The notes below the pieces were generated by a model. That model was given only the letters and a program-made list of their open reading frames with translations. It searched no databases and was not told the origin of the DNA. This document shows, one piece after another, positions 23,486-37,059 of a stretch of 64,000 nucleotides of DNA (position 1 is its first letter; each line of letters starts with the position of its first letter). This DNA comes from Eledone cirrhosa (lineage: Eukaryota), in the NCBI GenBank assembly GCA_964016885.1, contig OZ024740.1:146878001-146942000 (forward strand), read 5' to 3'. The position numbers and the translations under genes were made by a program.

Positions 23486-23674
23486 AGAAAATGAGTTTTT
23501 TTCAAAATGAAAAAAGAACGAGATGTCGTACACGAGTGAAAGTTTAAGGAAAAAAGATAAAATCGAAAATGCAACTGGAGTCTTTTTAAGAATATTTATT
23601 TGTTTCCTTTACCGGTTTCACAGTTCTTATGCTTTTCAAAAGTAGAATTGAGATGGAGGGTTTGTGGTTTGTCT

Positions 23675-23781
<107 letters not shown>

Positions 23782-23906
23782 AAATTAAAAGGAGGAATTT
23801 AAACTATCATTGTACTTATAACATTTAAACTTTAACTAAATGAGTACACAGTACGTGTTAGCAGAGTATAAAGTTTATTTCCTGCACACGTACACACACA
23901 AACGCG

Positions 23907-23937
<31 letters not shown>

Positions 23938-23938
23938 G

Positions 23939-24039
23939 CAGGGTGTCCCAAAACATGAATACACACTTTGATTACCTGTATAGGCAAGATTTATTAGAAT
24001 GCTGTTGAAGTGTGTATGTATTTTTGGGGGGACACACTG
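23939..24039. mobile_element. Tc1/mariner-type MITE
   Basis: CAGGGTGTCCCAAAA ... TTTTTGGGGGGACACACTG|TA in (TA)n; partial related copy in opposite orientation at 52523-52600. Confidence 0.7.
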
Positions 24040-25198
24040 TATATATATATATATATATATATATAGCATATAAAATATACATTTGATATTTGCATGTATA
24101 TGCGCGTGTGGATATTGTATATGTGTGAGTACGTAAATTTTGTTAGTGTGCGTTGCTCGGTAAAATTCCTTGAATTTGTGTTAAAGCATGTGCTACTACA
24201 CTATATATGATTGTCTCTCCTTCCACATCTCCCTTCTGTTTGTTTTGTTGGCCTTCTCTTTCTTGATCCTTGCTTCCCTTTATTACTCATCTTCCTCTAT
24301 TAGTTTATAGTAATCATTTCCCACCGCCTCTCTCTGTGTCTATCTGTCTAATCGCCTGTTCAGAGCTTTCTATCTCTATTTCTCTCGCTCTCACACATAT
24401 ACTTTTCTCTCTGTATTACCGTTCCTTCTCTTATCTAATAGCATTTGTTTACCTCCCATCATCTACTGCGTGTCTCTGTTGCTCCTTCTTCCTTACTTTT
24501 TTCTTACTATTAAATCACCAACTTACACTTACTGTCTCTATCCAGCATGGCTTGACCAGCATTGTGAAACTATAAGCAGGCAGTAGTAAATTTCCCCGGG
24601 GAATAAATTAGCCAAAATGACCAGCACGTTGTACAATAGTCAAGAATCAACCTCTGTCATTGTTATTATTATAATCAATTTGTTCAAAATATTACTATTT
24701 TTGAATTCGTCTTTTATTGAATTCGTCTTTTATTGTTTTGCTCTCTAGAAAAACCCGTTCAGACCGAACAATTGAACCAGCTGTAACCTGGACCCAATAG
24801 ATGACTCCGCACAAAAGATGGCTTCTTTATATTCAGAAACATCCGTCCAAATCGTTTACATTATTATTATTATTATTATTATTATTAATAATAATAATAA
24901 TGATGATTTCATTTATTGGCCACAAGGGCCGACATATAGGGGACAATACAAAAGACTGGGACAGTGGGGTTTTACAGAAAAATCGAGTAAACAATATGAA
25001 TAACAATAACAAAGTAACAATAACAAAGTAACAATAACAAAGTAACAATAAAGTAACAATAAAATTACAACAAGAAAAAATTCCCCAATAGGGGGGATGA
25101 CCACCTAAGGTTCGCTCAGGTACCCCACCAGTCCTGAACGACCCGACGCTTCGAGAGCACCCTGGAAGGGCATCCCTCTCCTCTTCAAATTTACCTAC

Positions 25199-28100
25199 AT
25201 ACAGCCGCATGACCAGAGTAGGCCCACTCACACGGGCCATTCTCGCCACATTCACCCACCTTTCAGCAAATGTACGGGGGGGGGGAGCACTTCTCTCTCC
25301 ACCCTCACCTTCCTTTCCAAGTGAAACTTGAAAAAGTTGATGAGGGATTGGCCGAAGAGAAAAGTGTCTGTCTTCAGTCTTTTCAACCTCGTCCACCATA
25401 CAACCCCTTTCGCTACTGCCACCAGACAGAGGAAAATTGCCTGCCCTTCCTGGCCAAAAGAAGGCGGCGGGTCGATCTTCACTATGGACTCGGCCGATAG
25501 CCAGATCCGTTCTACACGCGACAACAGCTGTTCAACATAACTCCACAAGTCAGTAATGCACGGACACTGGACGAGTGCGTGCAGAACGGTTTCGTCGCTC
25601 TGCGCGCATCTCGGGCAGGTCCGTCTGACAGCACTTCCGTGCCTGTAGAGTTTATCTCGAACCGGCAGTGCCCCCCGGTAGCACTGCCAAGCGAGAGATT
25701 TTTGGAAATTATCCATCGTCCCCGGCTCGAAAGTCCTCCGGTACAGACTGGTTAGTTCGACTTCGTTGACTCCCAGAGCCTCTCCGAGTGCGTCGTCACA
25801 CTTGCCCACCACTAATCCTCTATAGAACTCGAGAGTGGAAGTTCCACTGACCGCATTGCCCGCCTGGTAGAGGGCAGTGAGTGCCTGGCAACATTCCAGA
25901 TGCCAGTCACCCAGTCTCGGTCTCTTTTTGACCCAGGACTGCAGCTCAGTCAAAGAAACGAGCTGCGGAAACGCCCGTCTGACAAACAGCGACCACACCT
26001 GTTCACCGTTTAGGCAGAATATCTGGAGATGCCGCAGCCTCAGCGCGTGCCTGCGCATCATTAGCCACGGCATGCCCAGCCCTCCACGTAGAGGGTGCTG
26101 GCAGCAGATGGACCGCCTCACCAGCGGAACCTGACCCCTCCACAAGAATTTGAAGAGGAGCCGCTCCAAGATGGCGAGGCGCGAACGGGAGCAAGGGACG
26201 ACAGTCAGACGGTAGTAGATGACGGACGCGATGTACGCGTTCGCCACCTCCGCCCGACCTTTCAGTGATAGCTTCAACCCAGCCCATTTCTGGGTGAGAC
26301 TGACTACCCTGCCCGTCACCTCGTCCCAATTCTTATCCACCTGGAGGTCTGGCCCGAACCAAACCCCTAGCAACTTTACCGGTCCGTCCGTCCAGCGCCT
26401 AACGACGCTGTTGGACGGCATGGACTTGCCTCTCCAGGTGCCGAGTTGCATGCCCACTGACTTTTCCGGGTTAAGTTTTGCTCCCGTCAACCTTTCATAT
26501 TCCTCCAATAAGTTGCCGACCACCTCGATTTCTGAGGTGTCCGCAACTATCACGGTGATGTCGTCCGCATAAGCCAACACAGCCTTTCCGCGTCCCGGTT
26601 CGAGCGGGATGCCCTGCAACAGCTCCAGCTTCCGCAGTAAAAGCTCGAGAGTCAATACGTACAGAAGGGACGAGAGAGGGCACCCTTGACGGACCGATCG
26701 GGAGACCTGAAACGGTTCCGAGAGGTGGCCATTAATTTTGACCATCGAGCAGGTGCCGCTGTGCATTGCAGCGATCCGGCTTCTGAAGACGGGGCCGAAG
26801 GCAGCCGCCTTGAGGACAGCCTCCAGGTACCGATGGTCGACCCTATCGAATGCTTTCGATTGATCTAAATTAATCAGAGCCCCACCGAAGCCAGGTTTAC
26901 ACCCTACCCTCTTTATGATGTATCGCATTAGGTGGAGGTTGTCGTGTATGGACCTGGTTGGGATTGCTCAAGTTTGCGCCTCCCCAACCAAATCCCCGAC
27001 GACAAGCACCAACCTCTTCGCTAACACCCTGGCCAAAATCTTAAACTCTGTGTTGAGCAGAGTTATGGGCCTGAAATTGTCTAATGTGTCCCTCTTGTTC
27101 TCGTCTTTCCTTATCAGCGTCACTACGCCCCGGCTCACAGAACTGGGAATACTCCCGTTTTGCTGCCAGTTGCAGTAGAAGGCTTCGAGGAGATTGGAGA
27201 ACAAGTCTGGCATATTTACGTAAAGCTCGTAGGGCAGACCATCCAAACCGGGTGACTTGCGCCTCATGCAGCCGACAAGGGCATCCTGAATCTCAGCTGA
27301 AGTAATTGGCCTTTCGCAGCGCCCAGCGTCAGCCGTCGAGAGTTGTGGCAAGCCATCGAGGTAGGGACTGAAGTCCGCCACCATCTCTGATCCGCCACTT
27401 CCCCCGAACAACAGAGCAAAATGTTGGCGAAAGGCCTCACACATCCTCTTGGAATCGCTCAGCTCGTGCCCGTCTCGGTCCGTCAAAGACCGAATCGTGG
27501 TTTTATTACCACGCTGAGCCTCTATCACGCAGGCCCATCGAACAGCTTTGGTTCCCTCATTTCTCAGAGCACACGCCTTAGCTCTGACAATGCAACCTTC
27601 GTGTTTCGCATTGAAAAAATGGTCTAATGCCATTCTCGCCGCTAGCACATCAGTTGCAATGCCACTACCAATAGCCTCGTCTAACTTATCTACCAACTCC
27701 CCCTCCTTTCTATTTTTCTCTAATGCTACTTCTTTGCTGAACTCTATCGACATTACTCTAATCTCTCTTTTGAGAGCCCCCACCATCTATTGTTGACGAT
27801 TCCCCTTGTCAACTTTTTCTTAACTAAATTGTTGACCTGGTCCCTGTAAGCCTTACGTGCCGGAAATGACATGTTTAGCTTCCAGTAACCAGGTCCTAAC
27901 CTACGCGTCTTATCTAGGTCGACCATACAGATCACAAACTTGTGATCTGAATAGGCGACTGTTTCAAAACGTGGACAGCTTACACTATTTCTGTCTATTT
28001 TCCTAATGAATATCCTGTCTATATACGATCTAGATGACCCTATGCGGTTAGCCTAGGTCCACACTGGTGCATTAGGGAAATCTAGTCGGTACCTGTCAGA

Positions 28101-28622
28101 CAGTTGGAACTGGCTGATCAGGTTCTTGAGGCTTTTGCACCCCTCGCTCCTATCGGATACTCCCACACAGTCCCAGCGTGCGTCTAAGATGCCGTTCCAG
28201 TCCCCCGCTAACAGTAAAAGGCGAGACGTACCCAGAAAGGCTTCCAGGCGTCTAAAGAAGTCCGGCCGTCCTGCCCCAGTAGGAGCATAGACGGCCACCA
28301 GTCTAAAGGCACCACCTTCATTATTGTTCACGTCCACGACCACCAACTTCCAGTCCGGGTCCCGGAAGATCGACCTTACCTCGAGATCCAGGCCTTTCCT
28401 AAACAGCACTGCCACCCCGCCTCCCATTCCCGGCCGGCTAACAGATGCAAAGAAATGATAGTCGTCGAAAATGGGGGCTAGTGCGCGCGTGTCGGAAATC
28501 CTGGTCTCGCTGACTGCAATTACATCCATTTCTATAGACCTGAGGTCGTTGAGCAGGTGACCCTGCTTCCAGGACGATCCCAGGCCTCGAACATTTAAAC
28601 ATCCTACTCTTAATACGGCCAT
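25199..28622 (-). pseudogene. Tx1 ORF2 (APE-RT), few lesions
   Basis: CLNVRGL, GDWN, GPGYWKLN, NFRPITLLN, LDQSKAFDRVDH, RQGCPLS, AYADD, CPRC..HALVQC; stop at 28053 and small frameshifts. Confidence 0.93.
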
Positions 28623-28653
28623 GTTGGCAGGTTAAACAGAGAGAAAGGAAGGT

Positions 28654-30628
28654 TTACTTACCTTCCGGGCTCTTTTGAAGGTCGGGTTGTTCGACCTCCA
28701 TAGTTAGTGGGGTTTCTTTTGGGAACCCCTTTAAAAGTCTTGAAGTGGGTTTTACGTTCGGGGTTCCCACGTCCCGAGGAAAGCTGTCTCGTATTTCTTT
28801 GAATATGTCGAGAGACATTCGCACCAGAAACCAAATCTTCCGGCACGCGAAATGTGCTCGATTAAAAAATTTCCCCCTCTTTTTGTATATTTTCACTTCG
28901 TGCTACGAGGGCCATCAGTTCCTTGTTGGCCCTCCTGACGAGCACGAAGTTTTGTATGTTTTGTTGGTGTGATTTTATTTGTTTGCGTGGCTGTGGTGGT
29001 GATGGTTTTGGTGGTGTTGTTTCGGTTGTATCTGTGTTTGTTGTGAGTGCGGTGTCTGTGGTTTCAGATGTTTGTGTGTATATTTGTTCTTGCGTCTGTT
29101 TCGGTTGTTTGCGTTTGGGGGATTCTGGTGATGGTGATGATGGTGTTGATGTTGGTGTTATTGGAGAGATGTTTGCGTGGGTGGTGTCTGCGTTTTTTAT
29201 TGTGGGTGCTTTTGTGCTTTGTTGAGATTTTTTTTTCTTTTTGTGTTTCCTTTTTTGTATTTTGGATTTCCCTCATTTTCACTACTGGTAGATGAGGGGT
29301 CTGTGTCTGTAAGTGTGTCTGTATGTATATTTATGGTTTTATTGGTGTGTGTATTTTTGGGGGGAGGGGGAATTTGACAGCTTTCCTCGTTTCCCCCCTG
29401 GGTGGTCAATGTTGGTGGTACTCTTTCTATTGGTGTTGTTGTTGGTGGTTTTGCCGGTGCTGGTGTTGGTTGTGGTCCTCGCCCCGGCGTCGACAGCAGT
29501 GGAGCCTTTCGACCACTTGCCTCTTTCAGCAGTTGAGGGCAGAAGGCTCGCAAATGGGTTTTTTCCCCACAAACAAAACACTGCGGCCTTTTACCTTCGG
29601 TCATAATGTGAATGACCGTCCCATTCTGAAGGCGGGTGTGGTCCGGGATTGTCTTCACATTCTCGGGCCTGATCTGGAGAAGGATCTTCAGGTCAACCCC
29701 GGACCAGTCTTCTCTGGCCATTCTGGTCACTTCTATAGGGACTGTATCCGTCCCCTCCACAATCACACATCCCAGAAGCCACCACATGTCAAGTCCTGGT
29801 GGGATTCTGGGAATGCGGAGACGGGCCGTTCTTTTTCCCATGTGGGAGGGGTACATTATGACCTTGCTGGTTTTGCAAGGAGTCATAGCGTGTTTCATAG
29901 CGAGGGCTTCTAACTTGAACAACACCGAAATGGTGCCGTACTGTCTGCCCCTCGCTATGTATTCGGTGTCTTCTCTGATGCACCTCAGCACGACTTCGAC
30001 ATCTTCTTGTGGGATTAAAGCTGCCCTTTTGGTTTGTGCTAAGATGCATCTATAATGCACCGTTTTGCGCTCCACTAACTCAATACCTCTACCGGGACAG
30101 TTAAGTTGGCCCAAGTTTGCTCTTGCTTGATGAGCTTCCATGCCTGGGCCAACATTTCATCTTTGTTTGAGAGGTCCATGTTGAAACATGACCTCTTTTT
30201 TGCTGCTGCCACAGCGAAAGTGTTCTTCTTGTTTTCGTTGGGGGTTTTGTTGTCGTTCTTCTTGTTGGTGTTGTTGTTAGCACTGTCGCTGTTATTATTG
30301 TTGTCTTTGTTGCCACCGTTGTTCTCGGTGCAGTTGGTATTGTTGCTGTTGGTGTTGTCGCTATTTGTTTTCATGTTAGTGGTGTTGATATTGTTGTATT
30401 TGTTATTTTTTTTTTTGTTATCTGTATTTTCGTTGTCGCTGTTAGTGTCATTTTTTTTCAAAATTAGTGTTCTTATTGGTATCATTGGTGTCTTTGTTTA
30501 CCTTGTTTGTGGTGGTGATTGTGTTATCAATGTGTGTTAATTTCGTTGTAGCCCTCCTCTCAACTTCTACGTCGTTGTCGCACGACAGCCGACATATCGC
30601 TGGGGGGGGGGGGGCGTGGCTCAGCCAT
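28654..30628 (-). pseudogene. Tx1 ORF1, frameshifted
   Basis: aaaacATGGCT start; N-rich tract, FAVAAAK, RGRQYGTISVLF, CFVCGEKTHLRAFC knuckle, C-terminal LVRMSLDIFKEIRDSFPRDVG. Confidence 0.8.
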
Positions 30629-30860
30629 GTTTTTTTTTCTTCGTAAATTTTTTAACATGTAAAAAAAAGTTCAAATATTTGGGCCAAAAGGCCCAAATAT
30701 TATACTTTCCCCTTCACGGGGCAAAGTCTAAGGGCTTATATCCCTTACACAACAAGAAATATTTAACAACAAATAATTTTAACAGGCAAATAAAGCGACT
30801 TACTGTGAGCGAGCAAAATACGTCCGCTTAGACCAATAATAATAATAATAATAATAATAA

Positions 30861-31227
30861 TATGTTTTCTTTATTAACCACAAGGGTTGACACAAAGCAT
30901 AATATTAAGGACAGCACAGGACAGTACTAATGGGTGTTTCTGCGTGTAAAAACAAAAACATAAAACAAAAACAAAGGATGTAACAAAAAAATGAAACAAA
31001 GGAAAATTCCCCAATAAAGGAGAGACCTCCGAGGGTCACTCGTGGAGAAAGCCCATTTAAAAAGCCACGGTGAGCCTGACCACCAGGGCAAGTGCCCTCT
31101 CCCAGTTTATCACCACCAATCTACAGGCGCATACTCAGAGCAGGCCCATTCACTCGGGTCATTCTTGCCTTTCTCACCCGTCTTCCAACAAATTGGGAGC
31201 ACTTCCCTTTCCACCTTGATTCCCCTT
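30861..31227 (-). mobile_element. 5'-truncated Tx1 copy stacked head-to-tail upstream of copy 2
   Basis: Encodes KVEREVL...MRL* homologous to 25199-25315; its tail is the (AAT)n at 30835-30860. Confidence 0.8.
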
Positions 31228-31272
31228 GATAATATGAAGGAAACAACAACAGTAACAGCAACATAAAAAAAA

Positions 31273-31373
31273 TGAGGATGATGATGGTGGTGGTAGTGGT
31301 AGTGAGAATGATGATGATGATGATGGTGATGATAGTGGCGGATGTGGTAGTGGTGGTGATGGTGATGATGATA

Positions 31374-31430
<57 letters not shown>

Positions 31431-31450
31431 GTGGTGGTGATGGTTATAAT
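31273..31450. repeat. (GAT)n/(GGT)n microsatellite
   Basis: Direct reading. Confidence 0.95.
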
Positions 31451-32069
31451 GTAATGATTTATAATTTACACACAAGGCTAGCAATTTCGGAGAAGGGAAG
31501 TCTATCACATGGACCCCAGAAGGATAATGATTATAAAATAACGAAATCATTATTTAAACATGGCTGTACTAAACTGACGAAGCGCGGTAAAACACACAAA
31601 GCTGTAGTCATAGGTAACATCTATGACATCATCACAAAGTTAAATTAATTTCCTCCTTATATCTTTTGTACGAAATCCTTATATAACCATATTAAAATAT
31701 CGATTATGATAACAAATAAAGAAACGACTCCAATAATATTTGTTATAAAACCGAATAAATGTTAAAAGGGAACGATAGTGACTCGGAAATAGGAAAGAAA
31801 TGAGTATAACGATAAATTCCAAGTTGAAATCAAGCCGAGATTGTATTTACTTTTCATCATTTCAACTTCAGTAAGATTAGTACCAAGCATATCCTGACTT
31901 AGACTCAGTCGACTATGTCCATCCCTACAAATAAATCAATGCATTACATTTAAGTGCTAACAATAGATTACGTGTAGTGTAAATTGTCGGTTATACTGTG
32001 AACAGGGGATGGTAAGAGTGTATGTGCGATAAAGTGTGAACAAGAGAGCAGTGGTAGTGGTAGTGGTAG

Positions 32070-32550
32070 ATGAAAGGCAAAACTAACTTCAGAGGGATTT
32101 GAACTTAGAATGTAAAGAACAAATACCATAATGGAATTTTGTTCGACACTCTACCAATTCTGCCAATCCACTACTTTTAAGATTGAAAAATAATTGTTTC
32201 TACTTTAGGCACAAGGCCAGCAATTATCCAGTGCATTACTGGTACTTTATTTTATCGACCCCGTAAGGATGAAAGGCAAAGTCAACCTCGGCGGGATTTG
32301 AACTCAGATCGTAAAGATACGTAACTATGATCTGAGTTCAAATCCCGCCGATTTCCAACATTGGCACAAGGTCAGCAATGTAAGGGAAGGGGAAAGTTGA
32401 TTACATCGACACGCGTACGTAACTGGTGCTTTATTTTATCGACCTCGAAAAGATGAGAGACAAAGTTGACTTCGGCGGGATTTGAACTCAGAATGTAAAG
32501 AGTCAAAACAAATACCGCACTGACATTTTATCCGACGCTCCATCACTTCT
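32070..32550 (-). mobile_element. Cluster of three Meta-like SINE copies or fragments
   Basis: Repeated gatgaaaggcaaagtcaacctcggcgggatttgaactcag and ggcacaaggccagcaat motifs. Confidence 0.75.
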
Positions 32551-32959
32551 TCCACCCCCCGACCATTATGAATGAGAAATAATGAAAACACTTGATATAG
32601 ACACGAAATGTTGAAAAACAGTGTTCTGGAGTATGCAGTGGTCTCCATTTATCAGTGCCTGTGTGATCCAACAGATATAGAGACTGTTAGGATTTGGTAA
32701 AGGATGGGCTTGAAGGTAAGAAAGAGATCAAGGATTCTGTAGACTTTGTGTATCATTGGTGGATTCAAGAGAGTAATAATTTAGAATAATAATGCAGGAA
32801 CTTTGAGATATGAAATGGTTTGGCTTTTGAGCCTGCAAAGAATCAAGAGTTACCGCAAGGTATTACATCCGACGCTCTAACAATTCCGCCAATCCAGTGT
32901 CATAGACTGGTACTTATTTAAATTGAAAGGAGGAATAGCAATGTTGACATCAGGGGATT

Positions 32960-33327
32960 TGATCTCAGAGGGTATGTATGGGCGGAGGAACTCAGTAGAG
33001 GCAACGGCCATCCAAATAGTATTTTTTTTTATCTGGGAGTGAAAGGACCTTTCTAAGAGAGGGAAACTCTGAAAAGGAAAAAAAACCTGCGGCTTCGGAA
33101 GCATCCGATGATGTTGACCAGTTCTCCTTTTCGGTTAGTGCTTTCGATATTCAGAGAGTGGGATTGGTTGAGTGCAAGGCCTTTCTCCAATTAAAAAACA
33201 TTCAAAGCACAGGCATTGCTTGTTCAGGATGTTACAGGTTTGTGTGACTGGCCGTACCTAAAAGTGCACCAAACTCTATAATCTGACAAGCGATTGTAGT
33301 ACTCTTAGCAGAGTTTGCAGCCATCAT
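32960..33327 (+). mobile_element. RTE-derived SINE-like element
   Basis: Matches 57849-58108(-); ends gcagccatcATGTATG. Confidence 0.6.
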
Positions 33328-33347
33328 GTATGTATGTATGTATGTAT

Positions 33348-34719
33348 GTTCTTCTGGTTTTATAATTTCACAAATGTTTACCAATAGAGAGAGAGAGTCA
33401 GTTTCTAACATAGATACAAGACTCTCTCATTGGAATTTACACATCAACTAGGTAGATTATGTATTCATGCATGTGTAGATATGGATGTTATTGTATGTGT
33501 GGATGTGGATGTTTTGAGTTGTATGTGTGCATGTGTATATGCTTTGTATCTGTACATGTGTATATGCAGTTATTAAATGCAAAATTTTGGGAATGTTTTA
33601 CATATTTTTACTGTTCCATTAATGGATTGTACTTGTAATTTCCTAACTTTCTGTTCCTGTGAAGCCTAGCTTCTCAAGATTTGTATTGAGGCAGTTACTA
33701 ACATACCACAGTGCCCCAATAATCACAGGCATAAATCTGAAGGTGTAATCAGGGTGGAGTATCTGCAGATTTTTCATCAGTTCTGCATAAATATTCTCCT
33801 TTTCGCTAATCTTTGATATTATATTGGCATCTGCTGGGCAGCTAATTTCCACTACTGTGCATGCTTTCTTCTCCCTGTCCCATATCATAATATCTGGTCT
33901 GTTATGCCTGCATTTTATTGGGATTTTTTACTGGAACATTCCACCAGTACTCTTTCATATTATGTACATGGATATCTTCCACATTGTTGTAGCTTTTAAT
34001 GTGTTTATTATAGGGGCTATCTTTTTTATGGATTGCATTGTACAGTGTTTTGGTCACTACATCATGCCTCATAGGTAGATAGTACCACGATGACATCTTT
34101 GGACAGCTGCTGATGACATGGGTAACATCTTCGATGTTAATTCTGCAGAGTCTGCACTTGTTATCACATCTAGGTGCTTTGCCTGCATCCCTATCTCTTT
34201 TGTGAATCAGGTATTTCGTGTTAATTTCCTGTCTTTGGATTGCAAAACCGCATCCTTCAAAGTGGGAACCAATATAGCCGTTGTTGGTCCAAGATAGCCT
34301 ACTTTCTATATTACTCTCACTCTGGAGCTTCCTGGCAACATATACATGCATGATTTTTTGTTGATAAGCATGCAGTTTTTCATCCATGGATTCACTGCGA
34401 TACTACTGAGCGATTTCCCTGTGTGTGAGTTTTTGATTATCACACAGGGAATATCTCTCGAGGAGTTCCTTCCCAACTCTCATGATTTTATCTGTTTCAT
34501 GCAAATAGACTTGCTCGAGAGACAAGCTCCTACGCTTCGAAGTTCGTAGATGTTGTCGGAGGGACATGATGCGACATTCAAATGCTGTCTGGACTGATGT
34601 TAGGCCTCTGCCTCCCTGCTTACGTTTCAAGTAAAGGCGGTTTATGTCACTGTTGATGTGGAGTTTCCGGTGTTGTTTAGTATTTTTCGAGTTCTAACAT
34701 CAACTGCTCGGATTTCGTC
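33348..34719 (-). mobile_element. R4/Dong LINE subfamily A, 5'-truncated
   Basis: KQGGRGLTSV, CRLCRINIEDVTHVISSC..YYLPMRHD, PDIMIWDREKKACTVVEISCP; (TATG)n on both sides. Confidence 0.9.
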
Positions 34720-34799
34720 TATGTATGTATGTATGTATGTATGTATGTATGTATGTATGTATGTATGTATGTATGTATGTATGTATGTATGTATGTATG

Positions 34800-35330
34800 T
34801 CACCCTCCTCACCAAGGTTTCTTGGTGAGGAGGGTGACTTTGGACATCCTGCAGGACTAAAAACAAAACCTGTCAAAGGGCAAAGGAGCTCTTAAGAGTC
34901 AATGGCCATCCAAAATCACCGGGAGAGATGACCCCTTAGCCTTTGTCAAGGCAGAATTCTAGGAGAAGGAAAACTCTGATATAACACCTGCAACCCTGAT
35001 GGTATCCAATGATGTTGACATGTTCTTCTTTTTGGTAAATATCATCTTGGTTAAGAGAGTGGGACTGGCTTTGTGCAGTGCCTTTGCTCACTATAAAAGC
35101 TTCACGGCACAGGCATTGCTTTATATCTGGAAATCTCTCTGCGCTTGTCGTCACGTGGTCCCATCGGCCCAGCACTGTGTGTCAATGGTTGTCACGGGTG
35201 TGGTGTTTGTGCCGGGGTTTTCAAGTCGCTGGCTGGACTAAAAAGTCACACTCGTTCAGCGCATCGGTAAGGATTCTGCTACATGGATATAAAGTAGTGG
35301 CCGTACTCGAAAACGAGTTGGCAGCCACTA
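34800..35330 (+). mobile_element. RTE-derived bipartite element
   Basis: 5' part shared with 6384-6495; 3' part shared with 11785-11930 and 58175-58485(-). Confidence 0.65.
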
Positions 35331-35399
35331 GGTAAGTATGTATGTATGTATCTTAAACGATCGACTTTCGTCAAATCGGACCGAGGGAACAATGTTTCC

Positions 35400-35572
35400 G
35401 TTGGTCTTTCCAATTGCTAATACTATCTATCGGTCGCAACTCCAGGTAGAAGGAGCAACGTGAAATAAAGTGTCTTGCTCAAGGACATAACGCATCGCCT
35501 GGTCCAGGAATCGAACTCACAACCTTACGATTGCGAATCCAATTCTCTAACCACTCAGCCACACGCCTTCAC
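35400..35572 (-). mobile_element. tRNA-derived CORE-like SINE
   Basis: Minus strand gaaggcgtgtggctgagtggttag...gagttcgattcc..gtccttgagcaagacacttt. Confidence 0.8.
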
Positions 35573-35618
35573 TGTATGTATGTATGTATGTATGTATGTA
35601 TGTATGTATGTATGTATG

Positions 35619-36559
35619 TTTTCTCTTTCTCTTAATTTCGAGTATATTTTTTTGACCGGCCACCTTCCTGGTGGCAAGGTTGTAAAAGAAAAGAAATTGT
35701 CATCCCTTGAATCGCAAGAATGTTTTGCAAATTTTGAAGGTGCCAGCTATCGCAGCCATTTGTAGACTATGAATTAGGGAGCTGCGCTTTTTGTCCGCAA
35801 ATCCAAGTTCAGTCATACTTTGGTCCAAGCGGGTTGGTATATAACCCGTAGCACCAATAATGATGGGTATGAAGCTAAAGGTGTATCTTGGATACTGGAT
35901 TTGTAAACTCCTCATCAATGGTCCGTAGATGTCCTCCTTCTCCTGTATTTTTCTGACAACGTTTACATCAAGTGGGCAGCTGATCTCCACAACAGAACAC
36001 GTTTTCAATGTGTGGTCCCAAACTACAATATCAGGCCGGTTGTGCTTTAATTTGGTGGCAGTTTTTTATTTTCAGGTTCCACCAGTATTCCTTAGTGCCA
36101 TCTGTCTCAATATATTCTTCCTCGTTTGTTGTTAATTTTGTTTTCCGAAGTGCGTTCCAGATGGTTCTAGCTATCCCATCGTGTCTCATGGGGAGGTAGT
36201 AGCGAGATGACATTCTTTCGCAGCTGGCAACAATGTGGCTTACATCCTCGATCTTTGTTTTACATAGCCTACATTTATTGTCAGCTGCTGGCCCTCCTCT
36301 TTTGTGCAGCAGATATTTGGTAGGGAGTTCTTGTTCCTGTATTGCATAGAGATATCCCTCAAGGTGTTATGTCATAAACTTGTCGGAACTCCATGCCAGG
36401 CTTTTTGAGTGGTTTATCCCCTCTATGGTCTGTGTTTTACGCCTCAAGTATCCATGCACAACTTTTTCTGTAAATTGGTCAATTTTTTTATCTTGTTTGA
36501 ACATTGAATAGGATCTTCCGATTTCTCTGGGTGAGAGATTTATATCAGGCTTTATTCCA
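35619..36559 (-). mobile_element. R4/Dong LINE subfamily B, 5'-truncated
   Basis: CRLC..IEDVSHIVASC..YYLPMRHD, PDIVVWD, VVEISCPLD, IPIIIGATG; (TATG)n on both sides. Confidence 0.88.
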
Positions 36560-36770
36560 TGTATGTATGTATGTATGTATGTATGTATGTATGTATGTAT
36601 GTATGTATGTATGTATGTATGTATGTATGTATGTATATATGTATGTATGTATGTATATATGTATGCATGCATGTACCTATGTGCATGTGTATGTATGCAT
36701 GTATGTATTTATGTGTATGTGTATGTATGTATGTATGCATGTATGTATTTATGTATACATACATACATAC

Positions 36771-37035
36771 AGCCATGGAATTAAAACACAGCCGGCCTAT
36801 TATTATTGGAGCTATATAATACATATAGACTTGCGCTGGAGAAAGAATGCAGATTCTCTATCCATAAGCTGCAAATAGGCACAATATCTGGAATCTTCGA
36901 AAGCTGTAAAATATTTTAAGGTACAAAGAACGAACGATTGCACAAGGAAAGACGGAAAGTTTCTTTTCTCTACAACCTTGCTGCCCTGATGTTGACTGGT
37001 CAAAATAAACTCGGAAAAAAATAAGATAACTAAAT
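36771..37035 (+). mobile_element. R4/Dong LINE subfamily C, 3' end
   Basis: PIIIGAI, KLQIGTISG..K.VKYF; 3' UTR tacaaccttgc..ggtcaaa..actcg resembles subfamily B; flanked by (TACA)n. Confidence 0.65.
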
Positions 37036-37059
37036 ACATACATCGATACATAATACATA

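Larger units (their letters stand above)
24902..30834 (-). mobile_element. Tx1/L1-clade LINE copy 2, essentially full length
   Basis: 5' end abuts (ATT)n at 30835; 3' end AATAAA followed by an (ATT)n tail; ORF1 and ORF2 homologous to copy 1. Confidence 0.93.

Noticed and set aside
31110-31550. Poly-His and poly-Met ORFs
   Set aside because: (GAT)n microsatellite fused to a Tx1 3' fragment
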